Below, piece after piece: positions 8,708-16,733 of a stretch of DNA of 43,367 bases. Position 1 is the first letter of the stretch. Each line of letters opens with the position of its first letter. The notes under the pieces are model-generated. The model was not told where the DNA came from. It did no database searches and was given only the letters and a program-made list of their open reading frames with translations. The stretch is taken from positions 1 through 43,367 of IMG/VR virus record IMGVR_UViG_2579778784_000007; one strand, written 5' to 3'. The position numbers and the translations under genes are program-made. The DNA is from a virus (taxonomy: Duplodnaviria; Heunggongvirae; Uroviricota; Caudoviricetes).

Positions 8708-9034
8708 TCAAATAAGTGGTTTGCTGCCTAATTTCATTTTCTGGCGACCAACACAAGTCACACCCATTTCACTGCGTGGCTTGCTGTACCATGTGCGCTG
8801 ATTCTTGCGCTCAATACGTTGCAGGTTGCTTTCAATCTGTTCGTGGTATTCAGCCAGCACCGTGAGGTCTATCGGATTCAGTGCGCTTTCTACTCGTGAT
8901 TTCGGTTTGCGATTCAGCGAGAGAATAGGGCGGTTAACTGGTTTTGCGCTTACCCCAACCAACAGGGGATTTGCTGCTTTCCATTGAGCCTGTTTCTCTG
9001 CGCGACGTTCGCGGCGGCGTGTTTGTGCATCCAT
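8708..9034 (-). CDS. N: Antitermination protein N
   Basis: MDAQTRRRERRAEKQAQWKAANPLLVGVSAKPVNRPILSLNRKPKSRVESALNPIDLTVLAEYH... matches lambda N including the arginine-rich boxB-binding motif; AGGAG SD. Confidence 0.93.
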   Translation of the reverse strand: MDAQTRRRERRAEKQAQWKAANPLLVGVSAKPVNRPILSLNRKPKSRVESALNPIDLTVLAEYHEQIESNLQRIERKNQRTWYSKPRSEMGVTCVGRQKMKLGSKPLI

Positions 9035-9232
9035 CTGGATTCTCCTGTCAGTTAGCTTTGGTGATTGGATGGCCGGCGCTGAACCCCGGCTTACTGGTTA
9101 GAGCGCCCGCACTACCAGTGACGCTGTCTTGAGGCGCAGATTGGTTACTGCTTGCCATGAGCGCTGTTTATACATTGGTCGAGCATCAGCCTGCTCATTC
9201 ATCCAATCCCAAAGCCTTCTGCTTTGAATGCT

Positions 9233-9263
9233 GCCCTTCTTCAGGGCTAAATTTTTAAGAGCC
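9233..9263 (-). promoter_or_regulatory. nutL: nutL (boxA + boxB) N-utilisation site
   Basis: On minus strand: boxA GCTCTTAAAAA and boxB hairpin AGCCCTGAAGAAGGGCA, as in lambda nutL, between pL and N. Confidence 0.8.
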
Positions 9264-9303
9264 TCACCTTCAATGGTGGTCAGTGCGTCCTGCTGATGGC
9301 TAA

Positions 9304-9332
9304 ATAGTACGATTTGTACTTTATCGAGTCAA
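9304..9332 (-). promoter_or_regulatory. pL promoter with overlapping operator (oL)
   Basis: On minus strand: -35 TTGACT, 17-nt spacer, -10 TACTAT; palindrome AGTAC-N5-GTACT (plus 9306..9320) overlaps spacer and -10; the downstream leader resembles the lambda pL leader (ATCAGCAGGACGCACTGACCACC). Confidence 0.6.
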
Positions 9333-9396
9333 TACAAAATGTTCTAAATATAATTAGTTTTTTATAACGCTTTGTATTTAATGGGTTTATATTTTG

Positions 9397-9425
9397 GAAA
9401 AAGAAAACCCGGCGCTGAGGCCGGG
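9397..9425 (-). terminator. Intrinsic terminator after the cI-operon accessory gene (tIMM-like)
   Basis: Minus strand CCCGGC-ctcagc-GCCGGG perfect 6-bp stem followed by TTTTCTTTTT, 12 nt after the stop of the 348-aa gene. Confidence 0.65.
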
Positions 9426-9436
9426 TTTGGAGTGCA

Positions 9437-10483
9437 TCACTCTGGTTCGCTGGGGAATATATTTATCAATTGCCCTGTTGAAATGTGCCCATTTTCTACA
9501 ACCTCTAGATATGAAATTTCAACAGTTGATTCTTTGGCTACAGCATTCAAAAACTCAAGAAGCTCATCAGTAGATGTTATGTCGGCTGAGGTTTTTATGG
9601 TGAAAGATTCACCATTTGAAACCCTTATGACGTCAATATTTATGTCCTGATTTGTTTCTCCCGAGCGACGAACGCCCGTGACATAAAAGTTATCTCTTCT
9701 AGTTTCCTTTTTTCGATCAATTGATTGTCTTTGGTTTAAGGTATTCAACTGTTCTCTATTTACCACTCTCTGACCAATTGTTACCCTCTCAACTGACGAG
9801 TCTTGAGCAAGCTTTTTAAGCAACTTGCTTTTACCATCCTCGCCGTGAGCCAGAACCTCTCTGCTAATGTTTGTTTGACCGCTAATCAACAACTTGAGCA
9901 CATTGTCTTGTGCTTCGTTTACCGCTTTGGTGCTTTTTTCCACCAATTGCACCTGAGAATCTTGGTCATGTCGCTGTGTTTCGTAGTACTCATTGATCCA
10001 CTTATAGCCTACCGTGCTGGCAGCTAAGACGATAGCGGCGACGGCGCATAGTGCTTGCCTTCCTGTCATTTTGCCTATCGCTTGAGTAAACACTGTCACC
10101 ACTCCGTTTACAATCGGATCTGAGTCACCATCCGCTTGGCTTGAGCCTTCGCTTATTCGGTAGACAATATCCAGCAAACCTTTCTCTGCATCTTTTAGCT
10201 TCTGCCGATTATGAGTGCTGTGACTGACTACCGTAAATGCTTTTTGTATTTCATGCGTAAGCTCTGCCATACCAAAAAGCATTGACGCAGTCAATGAAGA
10301 ATTATATCTATTTGGATCGCCTTTTACATTAATATTGATCTTTGGCCATCCACTGAAAACTACGTTAGGGAATGTGAAGTCGCTTGAGTCGATGTCCTTC
10401 CTTCCGAGCATTTCTGTTACAAAAGATACAAAGTCGTCTTCTGACTTGATAACATATTGCGCAGGTTGATCAATCGCTGACAT
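9437..10483 (-). CDS. Unknown 348-aa protein in the rexA/rexB position downstream of cI (candidate prophage defence/exclusion gene)
   Basis: Starts 25 nt after the cI stop with AAGGA SD, same strand, followed by a strong terminator; central hydrophobic stretch ALCAVAAIVLAASTVGYKWI (about residues 143..162); appears AT-rich; no recognisable motif. Confidence 0.75.
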   Translation of the reverse strand: MSAIDQPAQYVIKSEDDFVSFVTEMLGRKDIDSSDFTFPNVVFSGWPKININVKGDPNRYNSSLTASMLFGMAELTHEIQKAFTVVSHSTHNRQKLKDAEKGLLDIVYRISEGSSQADGDSDPIVNGVVTVFTQAIGKMTGRQALCAVAAIVLAASTVGYKWINEYYETQRHDQDSQVQLVEKSTKAVNEAQDNVLKLLISGQTNISREVLAHGEDGKSKLLKKLAQDSSVERVTIGQRVVNREQLNTLNQRQSIDRKKETRRDNFYVTGVRRSGETNQDINIDVIRVSNGESFTIKTSADITSTDELLEFLNAVAKESTVEISYLEVVENGHISTGQLINIFPSEPE

Positions 10484-10508
10484 TCTTAATCCTTAACATC
10501 CATTCCTA

Positions 10509-11168
10509 TCACCCAAACGTCTCTTCTGGCCACTGGCTGGCGATAACTTTCCCTACAACGGAACAGCTATCATTGCATGGGATCATTGGATATTGCGGGT
10601 TTAGTGGTTGTAGGAACACCTGACCGCTATCCCTGATCAGTTTCTTGAAGGTAAACTCGTCACCACCAAGTCTGGCTATGCAGAAATCACCTGGCTCAAC
10701 AGCCTGCTCAGGGTCAACGAGAATTAACATCCCGTCAGGAAAGCTTGGCTTGGATCCTGTTGGTGCGGTCATGGAATTACCTTCAACTTCAAGCCAGAAC
10801 GCACAATCACTAGCTTTTTTGGTTGTGCTGACCCATCTCTCCGCATCACCTTTGGTAAAGGTTCTAAGCTCAGGCGAGAACATCCCGGCCTGAACATGAG
10901 AAAAAACAGGGTACTCATATTGTTTTTTAACGGGGGCAGATGAGTATTCGCCAACAGGTGAAAATGTACCGTCGTGGTTGAATGAGACGTTATCAATACC
11001 AAGGTATTTAAACACCACACCAATCTCGTCAAGAGATGGATGACGAGATCCGCGCAACCAGTGACCAATTCCACCCTGCGTCATACCAAGCTCTTCAGCT
11101 AACTTCTCTTGAGTTATGCCGAGCTCTTTCATTCTGGATCTAGCCAGTTCATACCATTTCATTTTCAT
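10509..11168 (-). CDS. cI: cI repressor (hybrid: non-lambda N-terminal HTH domain + lambda-like C-terminal S24 autopeptidase/dimerisation domain)
   Basis: C-terminal ~130 aa ([39 protein letters not shown]...[12 protein letters not shown]...FTFKKLIRD...) nearly match lambda CI as I recall it; the N-terminal ~80 aa are a different HTH_XRE domain. ORF-track start at 11210 is TTG; first ATG is 11168, and a better-spaced ATG lies at 11162. Confidence 0.9.
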   Translation of the reverse strand: MKMKWYELARSRMKELGITQEKLAEELGMTQGGIGHWLRGSRHPSLDEIGVVFKYLGIDNVSFNHDGTFSPVGEYSSAPVKKQYEYPVFSHVQAGMFSPELRTFTKGDAERWVSTTKKASDCAFWLEVEGNSMTAPTGSKPSFPDGMLILVDPEQAVEPGDFCIARLGGDEFTFKKLIRDSGQVFLQPLNPQYPMIPCNDSCSVVGKVIASQWPEETFG

Positions 11169-11224
11169 ACCCTTATTATTACGCTCTGTACTAAAACCAT
11201 CCATGCACAAGATGTATTTTTTGT

Positions 11225-11253
11225 TTGCATTCTAAAAGTACATATCGTATTAT
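11225..11253 (+). promoter_or_regulatory. pR promoter with overlapping operator (oR)
   Basis: -35 TTGCAT (11225..11230), 17-nt spacer, -10 TATTAT (11248..11253); operator-like AGTACATATCGTATT (11238..11252) resembles the oL palindrome AGTACAAATCGTACT. Confidence 0.55.
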
Positions 11254-11279
11254 TGTTTCATGGTTACTATGGAGGGCAT

Positions 11280-11495
11280 ATGAGCAACCTACGAAAATAT
11301 CGAGAGTCACTGAATATCTCTCAAACAACACTTGCTAAGGCAGTTGGATGCACACAGGGAGCTATCGGACATTGGGAATCTGGTCGTCGCTTCCCAGACC
11401 TTAAAACATGCCGTGCTCTTGTTGAGTGCCTAAACAAGTTAGGCGCAAAAGTCAGTCTTGATGACGTGTTCCCGCCGGAACACAAAGCCGCTTAA
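11280..11495 (+). CDS. cro: Cro-like repressor (HTH_XRE)
   Basis: 71 aa from ATG at 11280 with GGAGGG SD; divergent from cI; recognition-helix region TQGAIGHW closely resembles the cI N-domain TQGGIGHW, consistent with shared operators. Confidence 0.8.
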   Translation: MSNLRKYRESLNISQTTLAKAVGCTQGAIGHWESGRRFPDLKTCRALVECLNKLGAKVSLDDVFPPEHKAA

Positions 11496-11503
11496 GACAT
11501 TCC

Positions 11504-11535
11504 CGCTCTTACACATCCCAGCCCTGAAAAAGGGC
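11504..11535 (+). promoter_or_regulatory. nutR: nutR (boxA CGCTCTTA + boxB GCCCTGAAAAAGGGC)
   Basis: CGCTCTTACACATCCCAGCCCTGAAAAAGGGC, essentially the lambda nutR sequence, between cro and cII. Confidence 0.85.
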
Positions 11536-11614
11536 ATCAAATTAAACCACACCTATGGTGTATGCATTTATTTGCATACATTCAATCAATTGTTATCTAA
11601 GGAAATACTTACAT

Positions 11615-11893
11615 ATGCAACTTACAAGTACTCGCAAGAAAGCGAATGCAATTACAAGCAACATCCTGAATCGAATTGCTGTACGTGGTCAGCGAAAGGT
11701 TGCTGACGCGTTAGGAATTAATGAATCGCAAATTTCGCGATGGAAAGACAGCTTCATCCCAAAAATGGGAATGCTTCTGGCTGTTCTTGAATGGGGTGTT
11801 GAAGACGAGGAGTTGGCGGAACTGGCTAAGAAAGTAGCCAGAATGCTGACAAAAGAAAAAGCCCCGAAGAACGGCGAATTCTTCGAGGCCTGA
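11615..11893 (+). CDS. cII: cII transcriptional activator
   Basis: 92 aa from ATG at 11615; SQISRWK...MLLAVLEWGV motif matches lambda CII; the leader resembles the lambda cII leader. Confidence 0.85.
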   Translation: MQLTSTRKKANAITSNILNRIAVRGQRKVADALGINESQISRWKDSFIPKMGMLLAVLEWGVEDEELAELAKKVARMLTKEKAPKNGEFFEA

Positions 11894-11927
11894 TGTAGAA
11901 AGACTGGATCAATCCACAGGAGTAATT

Positions 11928-12089
11928 ATGACAAAACGTCGTAAGAAATACCAGGAAAAAGAAGAGATTCGACACCCTGATTCACCTGAGGGATTAGTGG
12001 TAGCCGCAGCAAATAACAGGGCGTTCGCAGAGCGCCTTGTTGGTGTTTACAGACTAGCCAAAGCAGGAGTGAAACATGGGCGTCGTTAA
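11928..12089 (+). CDS. Small hypothetical protein (53 aa)
   Basis: Not in ORF track; ATG at 11928 with GGAG SD; basic N-terminus MTKRRKKYQEKEE.... Confidence 0.35.
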   Translation: MTKRRKKYQEKEEIRHPDSPEGLVVAAANNRAFAERLVGVYRLAKAGVKHGRR

Positions 12090-12138
12090 GTTAGCTGATT
12101 ACAGGCATAACCCTGTACAACATCAGGAGGCATCCAGT

Positions 12139-13032
12139 ATGGGGTATGTCTCTATACACCGCCAGTTTATGGACAGCAGGCTCTATAAGGACTCTCAGGC
12201 AGTACATCTTTGGCTTCACTTAATCCTCAAGGCTAATCACGAATCTACTGTCGTCAATACGGATATCGGTCCGATAACTGTTGATCGCGGTCAGATGATA
12301 ACTGGACGCCCGTCGCTGGTCAGAGAAACATTCATCCCCGACAACAAAGTTAGGAGCTTATTACGGACTTTTGAGTCGAAAGGGATGCTTAATATTTGCT
12401 CGATTGGGAAGAAATTTAGCCTGTTTACAATCGTTAAATATGACGATTTTCAGGCAAAAAATTGTCCAACGGTTGTCCAACGGTTGTCCAACGCAAACAC
12501 CAGTAATGGCGCGGCTCTCAGCGGAGATTGTCCAACGGTTGTCCAACGGTTGTCCAACGCAAACACCAGTAATGGCGCGGCTCTCAGCGGAGATTGTCCA
12601 ACGGTTGTCCAACGGTTGTCCATAAACAATAATATAAATAATATCTCTAATACTGACGTATTAGAGAGTGCCACAGCAGACAAAAAGTCTGACAAGAAAA
12701 AACCTTCCGTCAGCTGTCAGGATGTTGTCGATGCTTACCACGAAATCCTTCCTGAAGCGCCAAGAATCCGCGCACTGAATGACAAGCGTAAAAACCAGAT
12801 CCGAACGTTCTGGCGCAAAGCCGGAGTGATAACCCGCCAGCTTGACGGGCATGGGTTCACGATGCAGGACTGGAGAAATTATTTGAGCTACGTTGGCGAA
12901 AATTGCCGATGGATGTTCGAAGAGCGCCCAAACCATCAACGCGGAACCGTCTGGCACAAAAAGGGATTTGATTTCCTGCTTAACGACAATACCTACCTGA
13001 AAGTTCGTGAGGGTGAACACGATGACCGATAA
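12139..13032 (+). CDS. Replication initiator / replisome organiser (O-like, P22 gene 18 type) containing origin iterons
   Basis: Start chosen at ATG 12139 (AGGAGG SD, 8-nt spacing); N-terminal HTH-like domain, an iteron-encoded 22-aa tandem repeat, conserved C-terminal domain; immediately followed by a DnaB-like helicase. Confidence 0.72.
   Translation: MGYVSIHRQFMDSRLYKDSQAVHLWLHLILKANHESTVVNTDIGPITVDRGQMITGRPSLVRETFIPDNKVRSLLRTFESKGMLNICSIGKKFSLFTIVKYDDFQAKNCPTVVQRLSNANTSNGAALSGDCPTVVQRLSNANTSNGAALSGDCPTVVQRLSINNNINNISNTDVLESATADKKSDKKKPSVSCQDVVDAYHEILPEAPRIRALNDKRKNQIRTFWRKAGVITRQLDGHGFTMQDWRNYLSYVGENCRWMFEERPNHQRGTVWHKKGFDFLLNDNTYLKVREGEHDDR
12472..12625 (+). repeat. ori: Origin-like iteron array: 11-bp unit TTGTCCAACGG in a 66-bp higher-order tandem repeat, followed by an AT-rich stretch
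   Basis: Read directly: three 11-bp units + 33-bp spacer, repeated twice and partially a third time; adjacent AT-rich segment 12622..12670; embedded within the initiator gene as in lambda ori. Confidence 0.7.
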
Positions 13033-14458
13033 TTTTTATGCGCCGCCCCATAGCATCGAGGCAGAGCAGGCGGTGATTGGTGGATTGCTTCTGGATGATG
13101 ACAGCAGTGAGCGCGTCCGGAAAGTTCTGGCGATGCTGAAGCCTGATTCATTTTACAGCCGACCACACAAAATCCTTTTCGAAGAAATAACCAGAATGCA
13201 CCGGGAACAAAAGCCAGTAGATGGCCTGACGCTTTTCGATGAACTGGAGCGTAAATCGTTAACGGCGTCTGTTGGCGGTTTTGCTTATATCGCTGAGATC
13301 GCAAAGAACACGCCAAGCGCAGCAAACATCGTTGCCTATGCAATGCAGGTTCGTGAAACCGCAATGGAACGCTACGCCATCAACCGCATGACTGAAGCGA
13401 CGGAATTGCTCTATTCCCGCAACGGAATGACTGCAACGCAGAAGTACGAAGCTATTCAGGCGATTTTCACGCAACTGACAGACCATGCAAAAACCGGATC
13501 GCGTCGCGGCCTTCGCTCATTTGGTGAGGTCATGGAAGACTGGGTTAGCGACCTTGAGAAGCGATTTGACCCGTCAGGCGAACAACGAGGAATGAGCACG
13601 GGGATCCCATCGCTGGACAGGATGCTGTCACCGAAAGGTCTGGTGAAAGGCTCTCTGTTTGTCATTGGCGCTCGCCCTAAGATGGGGAAAACGACGCTAT
13701 ACAGCCAGATGGCAATCAACTGTGCAGTGCATGAGAAAAAGCCTGCTCTGATGTTCAGCCTTGAAATGCCAGGTGACCAGATACTGGAAAAACTGGTAGG
13801 GCAGAAGTCTGGTGTTAACCCGAATATTTTTTACCTTCCGGCGACAAATGACGCTGATGACGGCTATCAGGGTGATTACGATGGTGACTTCAACAGGGCG
13901 ATCGAAACAGCCAATCGCTTGAGTGAAATCGACATGCTTTACATCGACGACACGCCGGGATTATCTCTGGCTCAAATCGTCAGCGAAAGCCGTCGAATCA
14001 AGCGAGAAAAAGGATGTGTTGGCATGATTCTGGTCGATTACCTGACACTAATGACTGCTGAGAAGGCCGATCGCAACGACCTTGCTTACGGCATGATCAC
14101 CAAAGGACTGAAGAACCTTGCCAAAGAGCTTGATTGCGTTGTTGTGCTTCTGACACAGCTTAACCGCGCACTGGAAAGCCGAACCAATAAACGCCCATTA
14201 CCAAGTGACTCACGAGATACAGGGCAGATTGAACAGGATTGCGATTATTGGGTGGGGATCCATCGTGAAGGTGCTTTTGATGACAGTGTTCCTCCTGGTG
14301 AAACCGAACTAATCCTTCGTCTCAATCGTCATGGCAATACCGGCACGGTGTATTGCATTCAGGCAAATGGCGCTATTTATGACACAGACCAACAGTCTGC
14401 TGAAATGCGCCGACGTGAACGAGAGGAACCGCAGTCCAAGAAGAAAGGAGGATTCTGA
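13022..14458 (+). CDS. DnaB-family replicative helicase (P22 gene 12 type)
   Basis: 478 aa from ATG 13022; N-terminal DnaB-like domain (IEAEQAVIGGLL), Walker A GARPKMGKTT, Walker B region ILVDYLTLM. Confidence 0.85.
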   Translation: MTDNFYAPPHSIEAEQAVIGGLLLDDDSSERVRKVLAMLKPDSFYSRPHKILFEEITRMHREQKPVDGLTLFDELERKSLTASVGGFAYIAEIAKNTPSAANIVAYAMQVRETAMERYAINRMTEATELLYSRNGMTATQKYEAIQAIFTQLTDHAKTGSRRGLRSFGEVMEDWVSDLEKRFDPSGEQRGMSTGIPSLDRMLSPKGLVKGSLFVIGARPKMGKTTLYSQMAINCAVHEKKPALMFSLEMPGDQILEKLVGQKSGVNPNIFYLPATNDADDGYQGDYDGDFNRAIETANRLSEIDMLYIDDTPGLSLAQIVSESRRIKREKGCVGMILVDYLTLMTAEKADRNDLAYGMITKGLKNLAKELDCVVVLLTQLNRALESRTNKRPLPSDSRDTGQIEQDCDYWVGIHREGAFDDSVPPGETELILRLNRHGNTGTVYCIQANGAIYDTDQQSAEMRRREREEPQSKKKGGF

Positions 14459-14486
14459 TGACCATCTACATCACTGAGCTAATAAC

Positions 14487-14518
14487 AGGCCTGCTGGTAA
14501 TCGCAGGCCTTTTTATTT
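14487..14518 (+). terminator. Intrinsic terminator (lambda tR2-like)
   Basis: AGGCCTGC-tggtaatc-GCAGGCCT followed by TTTTTATTT between the helicase and ninB. Confidence 0.7.
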
Positions 14519-14534
14519 GGGGGAGAGGGAAGTC

Positions 14535-14975
14535 ATGAAAAAACTAACCTTTGAAATTCGATCTCCAGCACATCAGCAAAACGCTATTCACGCAGTACAG
14601 CAAATCCTTCCAGACCCAACCAAACCAATCGTAGTAACCATTCAGGAACGCAACCGCAGCTTAGACCAAAATAGGAAGCTATGGGCCTGCTTAGGTGACG
14701 TCTCTCGTCAGGTTGAATGGCATGGTCGCTGGCTGGATGCAGAAAGCTGGAAGTGTGTGTTTACCGCAGCATTAAAGCAGCAGGACGTTGTTCCTAACCT
14801 TGCCGGGAATGGCTTTGTGGTAATAGGCCAGTCAACCAGCAGGATGCGTGTAAGCGAATTTGCGGAGCTATTAGAGCTTATACAGGCATTCGGTACAGAG
14901 CGTGGCGTTAAGTGGTCAGACGAAGCGCGACTGGCTCTCGAATGGAAAGCGCGATGGGGAGATCGGGCTGCATGA
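14535..14975 (+). CDS. ninB: NinB (Orf-family recombination mediator)
   Basis: 146 aa MKKLTFEIRSPAHQQNAIHAVQQILPDPTKPIVVTIQERNRSLDQNRKLWACLGD... matches lambda NinB. Confidence 0.9.
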   Translation: MKKLTFEIRSPAHQQNAIHAVQQILPDPTKPIVVTIQERNRSLDQNRKLWACLGDVSRQVEWHGRWLDAESWKCVFTAALKQQDVVPNLAGNGFVVIGQSTSRMRVSEFAELLELIQAFGTERGVKWSDEARLALEWKARWGDRAA

Positions 14976-15499
14976 CTATCAAATCAAATACGCCAGCACA
15001 CGACAAGGACTGCTGGCAAACGCCGCTTTGGCTTTTTGATGCACTGGATATTGAGTTTGGATTCTGGCTGGATTCGGCAGCGAGCGACAAAAATGCTCTG
15101 TGCGCTCACTGGCTAACTGAGGCTGACGACGCGCTAAATTCTGAGTGGGTAAGCCACGGTGCAATCTGGAATAACCCACCGTACAGCAATATCAGGCCGT
15201 GGGTGGAAAAAGCCGCTGAGCAGTGTATACAACAGCGACAGACGGTAGTGATGCTTGTGCCAGAGGATATGTCTGTCGGATGGTTCAGCAAGGCTCTGGA
15301 GAGTGTTGACGAAGTTCGCATTATCACTGATGGACGGATTAATTTTATCGAACCATCGACAGGGCTGGAGAAGAAGGGAAACAGCAAAGGCTCCATGCTG
15401 CTGATTTGGCGACCGTTCATCAGTCCTCGACGGATGTTTACTACCGTATCCAAAGCGGCATTGATGGAGATCGGGCAGGGCGTCAGGAGGGCAGCATGA
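14972..15499 (+). CDS. Phage-type DNA N6-adenine methyltransferase (orphan, Dam-like)
   Basis: 175 aa from ATG 14972 (ATGA overlap with ninB stop); catalytic NPPY motif (WNNPPYSN); no adjacent restriction endonuclease gene. Confidence 0.8.
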   Translation: MTIKSNTPAHDKDCWQTPLWLFDALDIEFGFWLDSAASDKNALCAHWLTEADDALNSEWVSHGAIWNNPPYSNIRPWVEKAAEQCIQQRQTVVMLVPEDMSVGWFSKALESVDEVRIITDGRINFIEPSTGLEKKGNSKGSMLLIWRPFISPRRMFTTVSKAALMEIGQGVRRAA

Positions 15500-15672
15500 G
15501 ACGACGGCGACGAAGTATCACCGACATCATCTGCGAAAACTGCAAATACCTTCCAACGAAACGCTCCAGAAATAAATCCAAGCCAATCCCAAAAGAATCT
15601 GACGTAAAAACCTTCAACTACACGGCTCACCTGTGGGATATCCGGTGGCTAAGAAATCGTGCGAGGAAATGA
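15496..15672 (+). CDS. Small nin-region protein (NinE/NinD-like, CxxC motif)
   Basis: 58 aa [27 protein letters not shown]...; AGGAGGG SD; ATGA coupling. Exact nin assignment (ninD vs ninE) uncertain from memory. Confidence 0.6.
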   Translation: MRRRRRSITDIICENCKYLPTKRSRNKSKPIPKESDVKTFNYTAHLWDIRWLRNRARK

Positions 15673-15674
15673 CA

Positions 15675-16076
15675 ATGCTTTTAATTCAACCTGGATTTGG
15701 ACTTAGCATCAAAAAAGGCCACATGTTTGGCGAGAAAGAGTCACAACGAAAAATGGTGTCTATCCGGTTGCCATTTATCAGTATTTATTGGCTAAACAGG
15801 GAGGCAACAAATTATTGGTATACATGCGCCAGAGCAGCATTTAACGACCCTGACTGGTTTGTGAAAAACCACCACGCAGTTCGTCAGGCAAAGAGAAAGG
15901 CCAACATGACATACATGAAGGCGTATCAAAAAGCATGGAAAGAACACCGCGATCGATACCAACAAGACATGGAAAAGCTTGAATCAGAAAACATGGAATT
16001 AAGACGAAAGCTCGGTGAAGCAAAACGAGACATTGATGCTTACAAGCGACTTTTTAATGGTGAAAGCCATGCTTAG
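15675..16076 (+). CDS. Hypothetical nin-region protein
   Basis: ORF 15633..16076; start placed at ATG 15675 (GAGGAA SD, 6-nt spacing); C-terminal coiled-coil-like segment. Confidence 0.45.
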   Translation: MLLIQPGFGLSIKKGHMFGEKESQRKMVSIRLPFISIYWLNREATNYWYTCARAAFNDPDWFVKNHHAVRQAKRKANMTYMKAYQKAWKEHRDRYQQDMEKLESENMELRRKLGEAKRDIDAYKRLFNGESHA

Positions 16077-16245
16077 CCCATCCCAATCCCTTCAATACCA
16101 GAAAGAAAGCGTCGAGCGAGCTTTAACGTGCGCTAACTGCGGTCAGAAGCTGCATGCGCTGGAAGTTCACGTGTGTGAGCACTGCTGCGCAGAACTGATG
16201 AGCGATCCGAATAGCTCAATGTACGAGGAAGAAGACGATGAGTGA
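16069..16245 (+). CDS. ninF: NinF
   Basis: MLSPSQSLQYQKESVERALTCANCGQKLHALEVHVCEHCCAELMSDPNSS... matches lambda NinF (Cys-rich). Confidence 0.75.
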   Translation: MLSPSQSLQYQKESVERALTCANCGQKLHALEVHVCEHCCAELMSDPNSSMYEEEDDE

Positions 16246-16450
16246 TTACATGAAATGGTATCTCTGCCACCGCTGGTTAATTAAGTTTGCTGTAAAAGAC
16301 TGGATGACAGCGGATGCCAACAAGCTTAAGCAACGAAAGGACTATTACTACGCCAGAATGAAGGAAAACTACTGCTCAATTCGCACTCGCATATTTATTA
16401 AAAAAGACCTTCAGTCAATTCTTCAATTGCGAGGGAAGGTAAATGGCTAA
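16238..16450 (+). CDS. Hypothetical nin-region protein (70 aa)
   Basis: ATGA-coupled to ninF; no recognisable motif. Confidence 0.45.
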   Translation: MSDYMKWYLCHRWLIKFAVKDWMTADANKLKQRKDYYYARMKENYCSIRTRIFIKKDLQSILQLRGKVNG

Positions 16451-16733
16451 CCTACGCAAAGAAGCACGCGGCAGAGAATGCCAGGTACGTATTTACGGCG
16501 TATGCAATGGTAATCCTGAAACTACAGTTCTGGCACATTACCGGATGGCTGGAATTTGCGGAACGGGAATGAAGCCTGACGACCTGATCGGCGCATGGGC
16601 TTGTAGCGCGTGTCACGATGAAATCGACCGACGCACCCATAACCTCGACAACAAAGACGCCAGACTTTACCACCTCGAAGGCGTGATCAGGACGCAGGCG
16701 ATACTGCTGAAGGAGGGGAAGATTAAGTCATGA
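16443..16733 (+). CDS. ybcO: YbcO-like DUF1364 protein (putative nuclease)
   Basis: MANLRKEARGRECQVRIYGVCNGNPETTVLAHYR...CSACHDEIDRR resembles DLP12 YbcO; sits before rusA as in DLP12. Confidence 0.72.
   Translation: MANLRKEARGRECQVRIYGVCNGNPETTVLAHYRMAGICGTGMKPDDLIGAWACSACHDEIDRRTHNLDNKDARLYHLEGVIRTQAILLKEGKIKS

Noticed and set aside
11618-11660. TTGC-N6-TTGC-like repeats on the minus strand at the cII start, as a possible pRE/CII-binding site
   Set aside because: The repeats are imperfect (TTGC/TTTC/TTGT) and a -10 element could not be assigned confidently; plausible by analogy with lambda pRE but not called.
12472-12625. Short direct repeats that could be mistaken for a CRISPR array
   Set aside because: Units are only 11 bp, directly abutting or separated by an identical 33-bp spacer, lie inside an ORF, and are followed by an AT-rich stretch; this is an iteron-type replication origin, not repeat-spacer architecture.
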